The notes: generated by a model from the sequence alone, not told the origin. A DNA stretch of 64,000 nucleotides from Candidatus Omnitrophota bacterium (GCA_041653115.1 JBAZGA010000002.1:27243-91242); one strand, 5' to 3'. Counted from the first letter of the stretch, positions 41,285-49,977 are shown. Program-made: numbers and translations.

Positions 41285-41845
41285 TTAAAATTCCAAAATT
41301 TCCTTTTCTTTGCTTTTCAACAACTCGTCTATCTTGGCGATGTGTTTATCAACGAGTTTCTGCAGTTCATCAATAGCCCTGAACTTGTCATCCTCGGTAA
41401 TCAGCTTGTCTTTTTCCAGCCTTTCCAAATGCTCTTTTGCCTCGCGCCTGATGGTGCGCAAGGATACCCGGCCTTCCTCTGTCATCTCATGCGCTATCTT
41501 TACCAATTCCTGCCGCCTTTCCTTGGATAAAGCCGGAATCGCCAGCCGGATTAATTTTCCGTCATTAGAAGGAGTAATCCCCAAATTGGATTTCATAATC
41601 GCCTTTTCAATCTCGGCAATCGCGGATACGTCCCAGGGCTGTATCACAACCAGGTTTACCGCCGGCACGGAAATAGAAGCCAGCTGCTTCAATAGCGTCA
41701 GCGTTCCGTAGTAATCGACATGCAGGCCTTCTACCAGCCCGGGGCTGGCCCTGCCTGTCCTGATTTCGGAAAATGCGCGCGTTACCGAATCAATCGCCTT
41801 CTTCATTTTTTCTTCTGTGCCGTGTAAAACTTCTTTGGCAGTCAT
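41285..41845 (-). CDS. frr: ribosome recycling factor
   Basis: RRF family; start chosen at MTAKEVL, 13 nt after the pyrH stop; the ORF extends to 41869. Confidence 0.85.
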   Translation of the reverse strand: MTAKEVLHGTEEKMKKAIDSVTRAFSEIRTGRASPGLVEGLHVDYYGTLTLLKQLASISVPAVNLVVIQPWDVSAIAEIEKAIMKSNLGITPSNDGKLIRLAIPALSKERRQELVKIAHEMTEEGRVSLRTIRREAKEHLERLEKDKLITEDDKFRAIDELQKLVDKHIAKIDELLKSKEKEILEF

Positions 41846-41858
41846 CGCTTGCCTCCTG

Positions 41859-42581
41859 CTATACCACAACCGTACCGATTTTTTCGCCCATTACTACCCG
41901 TTTGATGTTGCCTTCTCTATTCAGATTAAACACGACAATAGGCAATTTATTATCCATGCAGAGGCTGATGGCAGTGGCGTCCATCACCTTCAGCCCTTTG
42001 TTTAAGACGTCGATATATTGCAGCTGCTTGAACTTCCTGGCGTTCTTTACTTTTAAAGGGTCGGCAGAATAAACGCCGTCCACCCTGGTTGCCTTTAATA
42101 TCGCATCGGCATTTATCTCGATCGCTCTCAGCGCCGCCGCGGTATCGGTGGTAAAATAAGGGTTACCTGTTCCGGCGACAAAAATCACTACGCGCCCCTT
42201 TTCCAGGTGCCGGATTGCCCTTCTCCTGATATAGGGTTCGGCTATCCGCTGCATTTCGATGGCAGTCATCACCCGCGTCGGCAGGCCGATCTTTTCCAGG
42301 ACATTCTGCAGCGCCAGGCCGTTTATTACCGTAGCCAGCATCCCCATATAGTCGGCTACAGAGCGGTCCATCTCCAGGCCGCGCAAGCCGCTATTCTCCC
42401 GGCCGCGGAAGATGTTACCGCCGCCCAAGACTATAGCCACATCTATACCTAAACCCTTAAGCTCTTTTATCTGGCGGGAAATCGAAACTAAAACTCTTTG
42501 CTCTATACCGTGGGTTTTTTTACCCTGGAGGGCTTCGCCGCTTAATTTCAGAACTATCCTTTTATAACAGGGCTTACTCAT
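41859..42581 (-). CDS. pyrH: uridylate kinase
   Basis: 240 aa; [13 protein letters not shown]-terminus and amino-acid kinase fold. Confidence 0.9.
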   Translation of the reverse strand: MSKPCYKRIVLKLSGEALQGKKTHGIEQRVLVSISRQIKELKGLGIDVAIVLGGGNIFRGRENSGLRGLEMDRSVADYMGMLATVINGLALQNVLEKIGLPTRVMTAIEMQRIAEPYIRRRAIRHLEKGRVVIFVAGTGNPYFTTDTAAALRAIEINADAILKATRVDGVYSADPLKVKNARKFKQLQYIDVLNKGLKVMDATAISLCMDNKLPIVVFNLNREGNIKRVVMGEKIGTVVV

Positions 42582-43108
42582 TATTCGCCAATTTTGTAAC
42601 GCGTGAACCTGCGGATGCTGATATTCTCGCCCATTTTGGCGATTAGGCTCCCTAAGTAATCTTTAATGGCAATAGCCGGGTCTTTAATAAAGGCCTGCTC
42701 CAGCAAACAATTATCCTTGAAAAAACGCTCTTTGTCCTTCTCCTGGTCAAGCACGTCCTGCGGCACATCTTCCTTTTTTGTGTAACCGGGGTTACAGGCG
42801 GTAATCTGCATCGCGATATCCTTGGTAAACTGGGCGAAATCGCTGTTACGCGCCACAAAGTCCGTTTCGCAGGATACCTCCAGAAGCACGCCGACCTTGT
42901 TTCCCATATGGACATAGGCCTCAATCCTGCCCTCCTTCGCCGCCTGGCTTTGTTTTTTTGCCGCGATTTCCAGGCCGCGCCGGCGCAACAATTCGGATGC
43001 TTTTTTGATATCTCCGCCGGCTTCTTCGAGTGCCGCTTTACAATTGGCCACGCTGGCCAAGGTTAAATTCCGTAATTCTTTAATCAAATCTAAAGGGATT
43101 TTTTTCAT
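42581..43108 (-). CDS. tsf: translation elongation factor Ts (short form)
   Basis: UBA-like N-terminus ([34 protein letters not shown]) and EF-Ts core (AYVHMG...[13 protein letters not shown]). Confidence 0.8.
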   Translation of the reverse strand: MKKIPLDLIKELRNLTLASVANCKAALEEAGGDIKKASELLRRRGLEIAAKKQSQAAKEGRIEAYVHMGNKVGVLLEVSCETDFVARNSDFAQFTKDIAMQITACNPGYTKKEDVPQDVLDQEKDKERFFKDNCLLEQAFIKDPAIAIKDYLGSLIAKMGENISIRRFTRYKIGE

Positions 43109-43114
43109 TTTATC

Positions 43115-44011
43115 TTATACCTTCTTTTTAGTTCTTAATTTTTCTTCCTGAATTCTGCCCAGGCGCGCTTTCTTTACGGACTTATCTTCCTCTCCTGCTT
43201 CTGTTGTAGTCTCGACGATTTCTTCGATTTCTTCTATCTTTTTTTCCTCTTCGGGAAGCACTTCCGGCAGTTCGGCTTTTTCTTTCTCCGAATCAACCGC
43301 CACGCCGCTTTCCGAAAGATAGGAAAGAAACTTCTTCCTCCCTGCGATGATGCTGTCCGCGATGAGGGTCGCGATTAAACGTATGGATTTGGCGGCATCA
43401 TCATTGCCGGGGATGGGATAATCAACCAGCTTGGGGTCGCAATTGGTATCAATCAGCCCGACTATCGGTATGGAAAGGCGCCTCGCCTCTCTTACCGCGG
43501 TCTCTTCCTTTTTCGCGTCAACGATAAAGAGCGCTCCGGGCATCCTCTCCATCGCGGCTATCCCGGAAAAGTTCTTCTTTAATTTGTAAAGCTCCTTCTC
43601 CAGGCGGGCAATTTCTTTTTTGGTAAACTTCTGGAAGGTGCCGTCTTCCTTCATTTTCTCTATCTCGCGCAGGCGGTTGATGCTCTTTTTCACCGTAGCG
43701 TAATTAGTCAATAATCCTCCCGGCCAGCGTTCGGTTACATAATACATCCCGGCGCGCACCGCCTGCTCTAAAACTGCCTCCTGGGCCTGTTTTTTTGTCC
43801 CGACAAACAAGACGAACTCGCCCTTTGCGGTAATATCCAGCAGGAAATCCCGCGCCGTATTCAGGCACTCCTCGGTCTTTTCTAAGTCGATAATATAAAT
43901 ACCGCTTCTTTCTCCAAAGATAAATTTTTTCATCTTGGGATTCCAGCGCGCGGTCCTGTGGCCGAAATGCACGCCGGCTTCCAAGAGCTGTTTAATTAAA
44001 TCTGAAGGCAC
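43115..44011 (-). CDS. rpsB: 30S ribosomal protein S2 with acidic/Lys-rich C-terminal extension
   Basis: GTG start; VHFGHRT and other S2 motifs; ~70-aa E/K-rich tail; GGGGGA SD. Confidence 0.9.
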   Translation of the reverse strand: MPSDLIKQLLEAGVHFGHRTARWNPKMKKFIFGERSGIYIIDLEKTEECLNTARDFLLDITAKGEFVLFVGTKKQAQEAVLEQAVRAGMYYVTERWPGGLLTNYATVKKSINRLREIEKMKEDGTFQKFTKKEIARLEKELYKLKKNFSGIAAMERMPGALFIVDAKKEETAVREARRLSIPIVGLIDTNCDPKLVDYPIPGNDDAAKSIRLIATLIADSIIAGRKKFLSYLSESGVAVDSEKEKAELPEVLPEEEKKIEEIEEIVETTTEAGEEDKSVKKARLGRIQEEKLRTKKKV

Positions 44012-44083
44012 TCTTTATTCCCCCTTTTTAAACGGTTAATAATCTCTAAGCTTCGTCCTACCTTGGATTAAGGTAATTTTATG

Positions 44084-44111
44084 AGTATATCACAATCTTA
44101 ATAAGATGCAA
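44084..44111 (-). promoter_or_regulatory. sigma70-type promoter for rpsB-tsf-pyrH-frr (-35 TTGCAT, 16 nt, extended -10 TGaTATACT)
   Basis: Reverse strand reads TTGCATcttattaagattgtgaTATACT; A-tract repeats lie immediately upstream. Confidence 0.45.
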
Positions 44112-44114
44112 CTA

Positions 44115-44150
44115 TTTTATGCGATTTTTATGCGATTTTTATGCGATAAA
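44115..44150. repeat. 2.7 copies of an 11-bp tandem repeat (ATGCGATTTTT)
   Basis: ttttATGCGATTTTTATGCGATTTTTATGCGAtaaa. Helical-phase T/A tracts directly upstream of the rpsB -35 and overlapping the last codons of msbA. Confidence 0.5.
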
Positions 44151-45932
44151 TTCCTGCATACTGTAAAGCCGTTTATATAAGCCGTTCTTCTCCAGGAGCT
44201 GCTGATGGGTACCCGTCTCTACGACCCTGCCTTTATCCAGAACGGCGATCTGGGAGGCAGATTTTACTGTGGATAAGCGGTGGGCAATAATCAGCGCGGT
44301 GCGCCCGTGAATCAAACGCTCCAGCGCCTGCTGCACAACTCTTTCTGAATCCGCGTCCAACTGTGAGGTAGCTTCATCCAAGATTAAAATCGGCGGGTTT
44401 TTCAGCAATGCCCTGGCAATAGCAATCCGCTGCTTCTCGCCGCCCGAAAGCTTCATCCCTCTGTCGCCGATAACCGTATCGTAGCCAAGGGGCAGGCGCA
44501 AAATAAACTCATGCGCATAGGCCTGCATTGCCGCTTCTTGAACCTCTTTATCGGAGGCGCTGGCCCTGCCATAAGCGATATTCGCCCTGACCGTGTCGTT
44601 GAATAAGATAGTCTCCTGCGTGACAATCCCGATTTGCTGCCGCAATGAGCCTAAAGTGACGCCTTTGATATCCTCCCCGTCAATTAAAATCGCGCCGCGC
44701 TGCGGGTCATAAAAGCGCGGCAGGAGATCCACCAGCGTAGTCTTGCCGACGCCGCTGGGACCGACCACGGCCAAGGTTGACCCCGGGCGCACCTGAAGGT
44801 TGATGTCTTCTAAAATCAGCCGCTCGGCATAGCTAAAACACACATTTTTAAAAACAATACTTTCCTTTATGGGGAGGAGTATTTTCGCTCCAGGCGCCTC
44901 TTTTATCGCCGGCTGTATATCTAAAATTTCATAAATCCTCTTTACCGCCGCGATTGCCTGCTGCACTATCGAATTCACCTGGCTTAATTTCTTAAAAGGC
45001 CGGATCAGAGAAAGCAGCGCCGCCATAAATAAGGTAAATACCCCGAAAGAAAGCCTTCCTTCCAGGACTTCCCTGCCGCCGTAGAAGATAATCAGGAGCG
45101 CTGCGGCCACGCCCATTAATTCCGTGGCGATGCCTAAGATCAGCATCCTCTTGATTGACTTCATCGCCAGTTTGTAGTAATCCTGATTCTGGCCTTTAAA
45201 TTTCGAGATTTCCTTTTCTTCCATGCAGAATGCCTTGACAATCCTTACGCCGATAAATGTCTCGACTAATAAAGAATTGATATCCGCCATCTTCTCCTGC
45301 GACTTTTTACTCAGCTTGCGCAGGACCTTGCCTACCGTCACCATCGGGATAGCCACCAACGGCAAGACGATTACGGCGATTAAGGCGTATTTCCAGTTGA
45401 TTAAAAAGGCGGTAACGCTAAAACAAATGACCTGGAAACCCTGGTAGAGTAAATCCGTCAGGCCGTAGGAAACGGCGTTTTCTATCACTTTCACATCGTT
45501 GGTAATCCGCGAAATCAGCTCGCCGCTTCTTTTCCGGGTAAAATAATCCAAAGACAGGCTCTGCAGTTTAGCGTAGACTAAATTACGCACGTCCCGGATT
45601 ACTTTTTGCCCCACGTCAGACATAATATAAGAGTGTAAAAATTCGAATATCGCCCTGATGACCAGGGCAACCGGCATGACAATCAGCAAAAGGTAAAGGA
45701 CCTTGAAAGGCGTTAAGGCGTTGAGTTGATTCAGGATATTTTCTATGAAGGGCGGGAACTTGCCGCTGGTGAAAATAATCGGTTTATTCGTAAAGACCCG
45801 GTCTATAAACGGCACAATCGCGCTTAAGCGGAAGACGTCAAACAAAGTGACAATGCCCATAAAAATGCCGGACAAAGCCAACAGGCCGTAATAAGGCCTG
45901 GCAAAGCTGAATAACCTGCGATAATCCTTCAT
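44139..45932 (-). CDS. msbA: ABC transporter permease/ATPase, MsbA-like lipid A exporter family
   Basis: 597 aa; N-terminal 6-TM domain; Walker A GPSGVGKTT, signature LSGGEKQRIAIARAL, Walker B ILILDEATS. Confidence 0.8.
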   Translation of the reverse strand: MKDYRRLFSFARPYYGLLALSGIFMGIVTLFDVFRLSAIVPFIDRVFTNKPIIFTSGKFPPFIENILNQLNALTPFKVLYLLLIVMPVALVIRAIFEFLHSYIMSDVGQKVIRDVRNLVYAKLQSLSLDYFTRKRSGELISRITNDVKVIENAVSYGLTDLLYQGFQVICFSVTAFLINWKYALIAVIVLPLVAIPMVTVGKVLRKLSKKSQEKMADINSLLVETFIGVRIVKAFCMEEKEISKFKGQNQDYYKLAMKSIKRMLILGIATELMGVAAALLIIFYGGREVLEGRLSFGVFTLFMAALLSLIRPFKKLSQVNSIVQQAIAAVKRIYEILDIQPAIKEAPGAKILLPIKESIVFKNVCFSYAERLILEDINLQVRPGSTLAVVGPSGVGKTTLVDLLPRFYDPQRGAILIDGEDIKGVTLGSLRQQIGIVTQETILFNDTVRANIAYGRASASDKEVQEAAMQAYAHEFILRLPLGYDTVIGDRGMKLSGGEKQRIAIARALLKNPPILILDEATSQLDADSERVVQQALERLIHGRTALIIAHRLSTVKSASQIAVLDKGRVVETGTHQQLLEKNGLYKRLYSMQEFIA

Positions 45933-45973
45933 AATGTAGTATATCTTATCATGTTTACGGCTTTTTGTCGAGG

Positions 45974-46021
45974 TTTTAAAAAACAGGGGACGGTCCCAGC
46001 TTAAAAACAGAACCGTCCCCT
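45974..46021 (-). terminator. rho-independent terminator downstream of the pilin gene
   Basis: Reverse strand has a 10-bp perfect stem AGGGGACGGT...ACCGTCCCCT followed by GTTTTTTAAAA. Confidence 0.5.
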
Positions 46022-46039
46022 AATTCAGCTAATTTATCG

Positions 46040-46468
46040 CTAGGGAACAGTGCCCTCGTATTCAAAATGGCCGTCCGGATAGAGCGTTATCCAATAGGAC
46101 TCTTTTGCGCCGGGCGGCTTGCCGCCGGCGAAATAACCATCCTCTGAGCATCTCTGAGCTGTGCAGGCGCCAGAAGTTGGATCGCACCAATACGTAAAAT
46201 AGTGGGTCGGCTGACACATGTCTGCCTCTAGCGCAGGCACACCCAGGCCTAATCCATCCGGGCTATCCACGCCTCCGCAGCAATAGCTTCCGTGCTCCAG
46301 ATAATAGCTAGCCTGTAATTTACGTAATGTTCCCAAAATACTCCTTGCTTCAACGCTTCTGCCCCTTTCTACTACTTTACCATATTGAATGATCCCTAAA
46401 GTTGTCAGAACGCCGATAATCACGATTACCACGATTAATTCCAATAAAGTAAATGCCCTTTTCATCAT
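46040..46468 (-). CDS. type IV pilin / pseudopilin-like protein (prepilin N-terminal methylation motif)
   Basis: Begins MMKRAFTLLELIVVIVIIGVL (class III signal peptide with Ala at -1, Glu at +5); six Cys in the C-terminal domain. Start trimmed from the ORF's 46504 because a promoter lies inside the upstream extension. Confidence 0.7.
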   Translation of the reverse strand: MMKRAFTLLELIVVIVIIGVLTTLGIIQYGKVVERGRSVEARSILGTLRKLQASYYLEHGSYCCGGVDSPDGLGLGVPALEADMCQPTHYFTYWCDPTSGACTAQRCSEDGYFAGGKPPGAKESYWITLYPDGHFEYEGTVP

Positions 46469-46475
46469 TGTTTGT

Positions 46476-46504
46476 ATTATAAACTGTATTGCTTTGTCGG
46501 TCAA
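46476..46504 (-). promoter_or_regulatory. consensus sigma70 promoter for the pilin gene (-35 TTGACC, 17 nt, -10 TATAAT); predicted leaderless transcript
   Basis: Reverse strand reads TTGACCgacaaagcaatacagttTATAATacaaacaATGATG, so the TSS should fall on or within 1 nt of the ATG. Confidence 0.5.
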
Positions 46505-46518
46505 TTACAAAAATTCAG

Positions 46519-46547
46519 TTGCAACTTGGCAGGGGGTCTGCTATTAT
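46519..46547 (+). promoter_or_regulatory. sigma70-type promoter for the oxidoreductase-lpxB pair (-35 TTGCAA, 17 nt, -10 TATTAT); predicted leaderless
   Basis: TTGCAActtggcagggggtctgcTATTATtctggatATG; no SD between the -10 and the ATG at 46555. Confidence 0.45.
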
Positions 46548-46554
46548 TCTGGAT

Positions 46555-47484
46555 ATGGATAAGATAAGAGTGGGGGTGGTAGGCGTCGGCCATTTGGGCA
46601 GTCTTCATGCCAGGGTATACAGCCAGTCGGCAGATTCTGCCCTGGCAGCAGTCTGCGATACGGATAAAGACCGGCTGGGAGAAATATCCCGCAGCCTTAA
46701 TGTCCCCGCTTATGCCGACTATCGAGAACTCATCGGCAAGGTAGACGCGGTGAGCGTTGCCGTACCGACCAAACTGCATTACCAAATCGCCTCTGACTTA
46801 TTAAAACATAAGATAGATACGCTGGTGGAGAAGCCGTTCACTACTAATCTTAAAGAAGCGGATTCCCTGATTAAGCTGGCTAAGAAGAATAACCTCATCC
46901 TGCAGGTAGGCCACATTGAAAGGTTCAACTCCGCCTTTGCCGCCACGCAGAAGCTGATTAAAAACCCCCAATTTATCGAATGCCACCGCTTAAGCCCCTT
47001 TCCCCACCGCTCCCTGGATGTCGGGGCAGTGCTGGACATCATGATCCACGATATAGATATTATTTCAGGGCTGGTCCCGGCGAAAATAAAGAAAATTGAA
47101 TCCGTGGGCGTAAATGTGCTGACGAATTTTGAGGATATTGCCAATGCCCGGATTACCTTTGCCAATGGCTGCGTCGCCAACCTCACTGCCAGCCGCGTCT
47201 CCGATGAGGTAATGCGTAAAATCAGGATCTTCCAGCAGGATACCTATATATCCCTGGATTATAAAGAGGCTAAAGCCAGCGTCTACAGAAAGAGCGGTGC
47301 GCAAATCAGCAAAGAAAACCTGCCCATCGAAAAAGAGCAGCCCTTGGAAAAAGAACTGGAATCTTTTCTGGATTGCGTAATTAGACGCAAAGAACCCCTG
47401 GTCTCGGGAGCGGTTGCCAGGGATGCCCTGGCAGTGGCATTGGAAATCCAAAACCAGATATGGCGGAAAAAAAGCACCTCCTGA
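46555..47484 (+). CDS. Gfo/Idh/MocA-family NAD(P)-dependent oxidoreductase (possible UDP-GlcNAc 3-dehydrogenase, GnnA-like)
   Basis: MDKIRVGVVGVGHLG Rossmann N-terminus and Gfo/Idh/MocA C-terminal domain; overlaps lpxB by 25 nt. Confidence 0.75.
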   Translation: MDKIRVGVVGVGHLGSLHARVYSQSADSALAAVCDTDKDRLGEISRSLNVPAYADYRELIGKVDAVSVAVPTKLHYQIASDLLKHKIDTLVEKPFTTNLKEADSLIKLAKKNNLILQVGHIERFNSAFAATQKLIKNPQFIECHRLSPFPHRSLDVGAVLDIMIHDIDIISGLVPAKIKKIESVGVNVLTNFEDIANARITFANGCVANLTASRVSDEVMRKIRIFQQDTYISLDYKEAKASVYRKSGAQISKENLPIEKEQPLEKELESFLDCVIRRKEPLVSGAVARDALAVALEIQNQIWRKKSTS

Positions 47485-48641
47485 TTATCTGCGGCGAGGC
47501 TTCAGGCGACCTCAATGCCGCCAGCCTCGTGCGCGCCTTAAAAGAGATAAACCCGGAAATAAGAATTTCCGGAGTCGGCGGCAGCCTGATGCGCCAGGCG
47601 GGCGCGGAAATTTACTGCGACATCAAAGACCTGGCGGTCCTGGGTTTCTTTGACGCCTTAAAAAAACTGCCTAAATTCCTGCGCTTAAAAAAACTCATCC
47701 TGGAAAAAATAAAATCCGACAATCCGCATGCCGTCATCCTCGTCGACTTTTCCGGGTTCAACCTCAGGCTCGCTTCTACCGTCAATAAAAAAATTCCCGT
47801 CATCTACTATGTCAGCCCGCAGGTCTGGGCATCCAGGGCCGGAAGGTTAGAGACAATCAGGAAATACGTTCACAAAATGATCGTACTCTTTAAATTTGAG
47901 GAAGAATTCTATAAAAAATACGGGATAGACGTTAATTTCGCCGGACATCCTTTATTAGACATTGTCCAGCCGGTAACGGAAAAAAGGGAATTTTTAAAAA
48001 AATTCAGGCTCTCAGATTCTAAAACTACCATTGCGCTTTTACCCGGCTCACGCAGAACGGAAATAGAAAACATTCTTCCGGTAATGCTAAAGGCGGCTGT
48101 GCTTATCCAAAAAAACTTAGGCAATGTCCAGTTTGTCGTTGCCAAGTCCAGCCAGGTCAACTGGGATATCTATGCCCGTAAAATCAGCGGGATGGATATA
48201 GGCCTCGAGATAATCGAAGGCAATACCTACGATTGCCTGAATAGCGCTGATTTTTGCCTGGTTGCCTCAGGCACAGCCACATTAGAGACGGCAATCCTCG
48301 GCAAACCCTTTGTGATAATTTATAAAATGGGGCTGTTGAATTACCTCCTCTATCGTCCGCAGGTAAAGGTCCCTTATATCGGCATGGTAAACATCGTGGC
48401 GCAAAGAAAAATCGTGCCTGAATTTATCCAGTTTGAGGCGCGCCCCGAACGAATAGCGGCGCAGGTTTTAGAAATCCTCAAAGACCCCGCGCAGCTAGAG
48501 CGGATGAAAAATGAGCTTGCCCGCGTCAAATCCGCATTAGGCGAAAAGGGGGCGAGCCTGCGCGCGGGACGGATTATCCTGGATTTCCTGCCAGGGCAAT
48601 CCGTTCGTCAATCGGCGGATGGTCAAAGAAGAAAAACTTGA
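47460..48641 (+). CDS. lpxB: lipid-A-disaccharide synthase
   Basis: 393 aa; LLIICGEASGDL N-terminus and GT19 family motifs. Confidence 0.85.
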   Translation: MAEKKHLLIICGEASGDLNAASLVRALKEINPEIRISGVGGSLMRQAGAEIYCDIKDLAVLGFFDALKKLPKFLRLKKLILEKIKSDNPHAVILVDFSGFNLRLASTVNKKIPVIYYVSPQVWASRAGRLETIRKYVHKMIVLFKFEEEFYKKYGIDVNFAGHPLLDIVQPVTEKREFLKKFRLSDSKTTIALLPGSRRTEIENILPVMLKAAVLIQKNLGNVQFVVAKSSQVNWDIYARKISGMDIGLEIIEGNTYDCLNSADFCLVASGTATLETAILGKPFVIIYKMGLLNYLLYRPQVKVPYIGMVNIVAQRKIVPEFIQFEARPERIAAQVLEILKDPAQLERMKNELARVKSALGEKGASLRAGRIILDFLPGQSVRQSADGQRRKT

Positions 48642-49650
48642 TTAAGGGGTGGGGATTCCTGTCGGCGAGATTTTGTTGACTGAGCTTTTCCATCATCGAA
48701 ATAAATGCTTCCTTATTCCCGGTAATCTCCAGCGCCGTCCTGTCGGCATTCCTTTCCATAATGCGGCTAAGATAATTCTCCAGCGGCTGCATAACTATCC
48801 CGACCACAACAAAATAGATGAAAACCAGCGGCAGCGCTGCCGGATCCGACAAGGACGACAGGTTAAATACGCCTAAAACGGCGTTACTGGTCTTAAAGAT
48901 AAAATAAAAAGCCGCAATGATCGCCAGCGAATTGATGAAAATCAGTTTGAGCAAATGCCTTAACTTATAGTGCGCAAACTCATGCGCTAAAATTACCTCA
49001 ATTTCATCGTCAGAGTATTTACCCCTGAGGGTATCCGCCAGGATAACCCTGCGGCTGCGGCCCCAGCCGACAAAAGCCGCATTGCCTTTAAGCGTCTTTT
49101 TGCTGAAGTCTATTTCAAAAATATCCAGAAGCCTTATTTCCATTTTATCCGCCAGCCTGATAATCCTCTCGCGCAGAGGCCCGCTTTCGAGTTTTTTATA
49201 TTTAAAAAATAAAGGGATGATTACCGCCGGAGTAAGCCTGGCCAGGATTAGGCTAAAAAATATCCAGAATAAGGATACTTCAAGCCACCAGGTAGCGGGA
49301 TGTATTCTCACCAGATAATAGAATGCGGCGCAGAGCATCAATAAAATCAGGTAAAAGATTACCCCTGACTTAAGCTGATCTCCGGCCCAATCCCGGATTT
49401 TCTGGCTGGATAGGCCGAAGCGATGCTCTAAGATAAAAGTTTGGTATAAGTTGAGCGGAAAATTCAACAGATAATATATAATATAGAGGACGAAAAGATA
49501 AGCGGGGAGAATAAAGATTCCGGCAAAGATTTTTGCCAGGCCGGTTACCTGGAATAAAAAAAGAAGGAGCAGCAGATACGCCGTGTCAACCAGCGAAAGG
49601 GCGTATTTGAGCCGGGAATATTTCTTGGCCTTTGCCGGCGCCTCCATCAA
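48574..49650 (-). CDS. M48-family zinc metallopeptidase (HtpX/Ste24-like), membrane-bound
   Basis: Multiple TM helices, HEFAHYKLRH (HExxH) and a downstream E; its 3' end overlaps the lpxB 3' end convergently by 68 nt. Confidence 0.75.
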   Translation of the reverse strand: MMEAPAKAKKYSRLKYALSLVDTAYLLLLLFLFQVTGLAKIFAGIFILPAYLFVLYIIYYLLNFPLNLYQTFILEHRFGLSSQKIRDWAGDQLKSGVIFYLILLMLCAAFYYLVRIHPATWWLEVSLFWIFFSLILARLTPAVIIPLFFKYKKLESGPLRERIIRLADKMEIRLLDIFEIDFSKKTLKGNAAFVGWGRSRRVILADTLRGKYSDDEIEVILAHEFAHYKLRHLLKLIFINSLAIIAAFYFIFKTSNAVLGVFNLSSLSDPAALPLVFIYFVVVGIVMQPLENYLSRIMERNADRTALEITGNKEAFISMMEKLSQQNLADRNPHPLIKFFFFDHPPIDERIALAGNPG

Positions 49651-49877
49651 GCCGGCTGGATGTTAATAAAGGTCCTGAACTTTCCGTGCGGGGTCTTTTT
49701 CTTGGTAAAATAGATTTTCCCCGGGCACAAAGCAAAAATCGTGTCCTGCCCTTTAACATTTATTCCGGCCTTATACGCGTTAAAACCTCTGGCGAGGATT
49801 TGGCCTGTTTTTACCGACTCTCCGTTTGAAATTTTGAGCGCTTTATCTTTCTTTGGTCTTGCTTTTCCGCCTGCCAT
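49647..49877 (-). CDS. rpmA: 50S ribosomal protein L27 (divergent, shortened N-terminus)
   Basis: Core aligns to bL27 (GESV..G.I..R..G.....AG.NV....D..FA...GK..F); lacks the usual AHKKGGGSTRNGRDS N-terminal motif; strong GGAGGA SD. Confidence 0.7.
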   Translation of the reverse strand: MAGGKARPKKDKALKISNGESVKTGQILARGFNAYKAGINVKGQDTIFALCPGKIYFTKKKTPHGKFRTFINIQPA

Positions 49878-49920
49878 TTGTTTCCTCCTTTGCCCCCAAC
49901 CCGAGAACGTTTCTGAATCT

Positions 49921-49977
49921 AATCTTAAAACAGTTTTAAATCCAATCTTAAAACGTTTCTTGAGCCAATCTGAAAAC
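49921..49977. repeat. three 23-bp-spaced direct repeats (AATCTTAAAAC / AATCTTAAAAC / AATCTGAAAAC) upstream of rpmA
   Basis: Copies start at 49921, 49944 and 49967; flanked by related CGTTTCTGAATCT / CGTTTCTTGAGCC half-sites. Confidence 0.45.

Noticed and set aside
46489-46554. N-terminal 22-aa extension of the Gfo/Idh/MocA ORF in the ORF track
   Set aside because: A promoter (TTGCAA/TATTAT) lies inside it and the Rossmann fold begins at MDKIRVGVVG; the true start is 46555.
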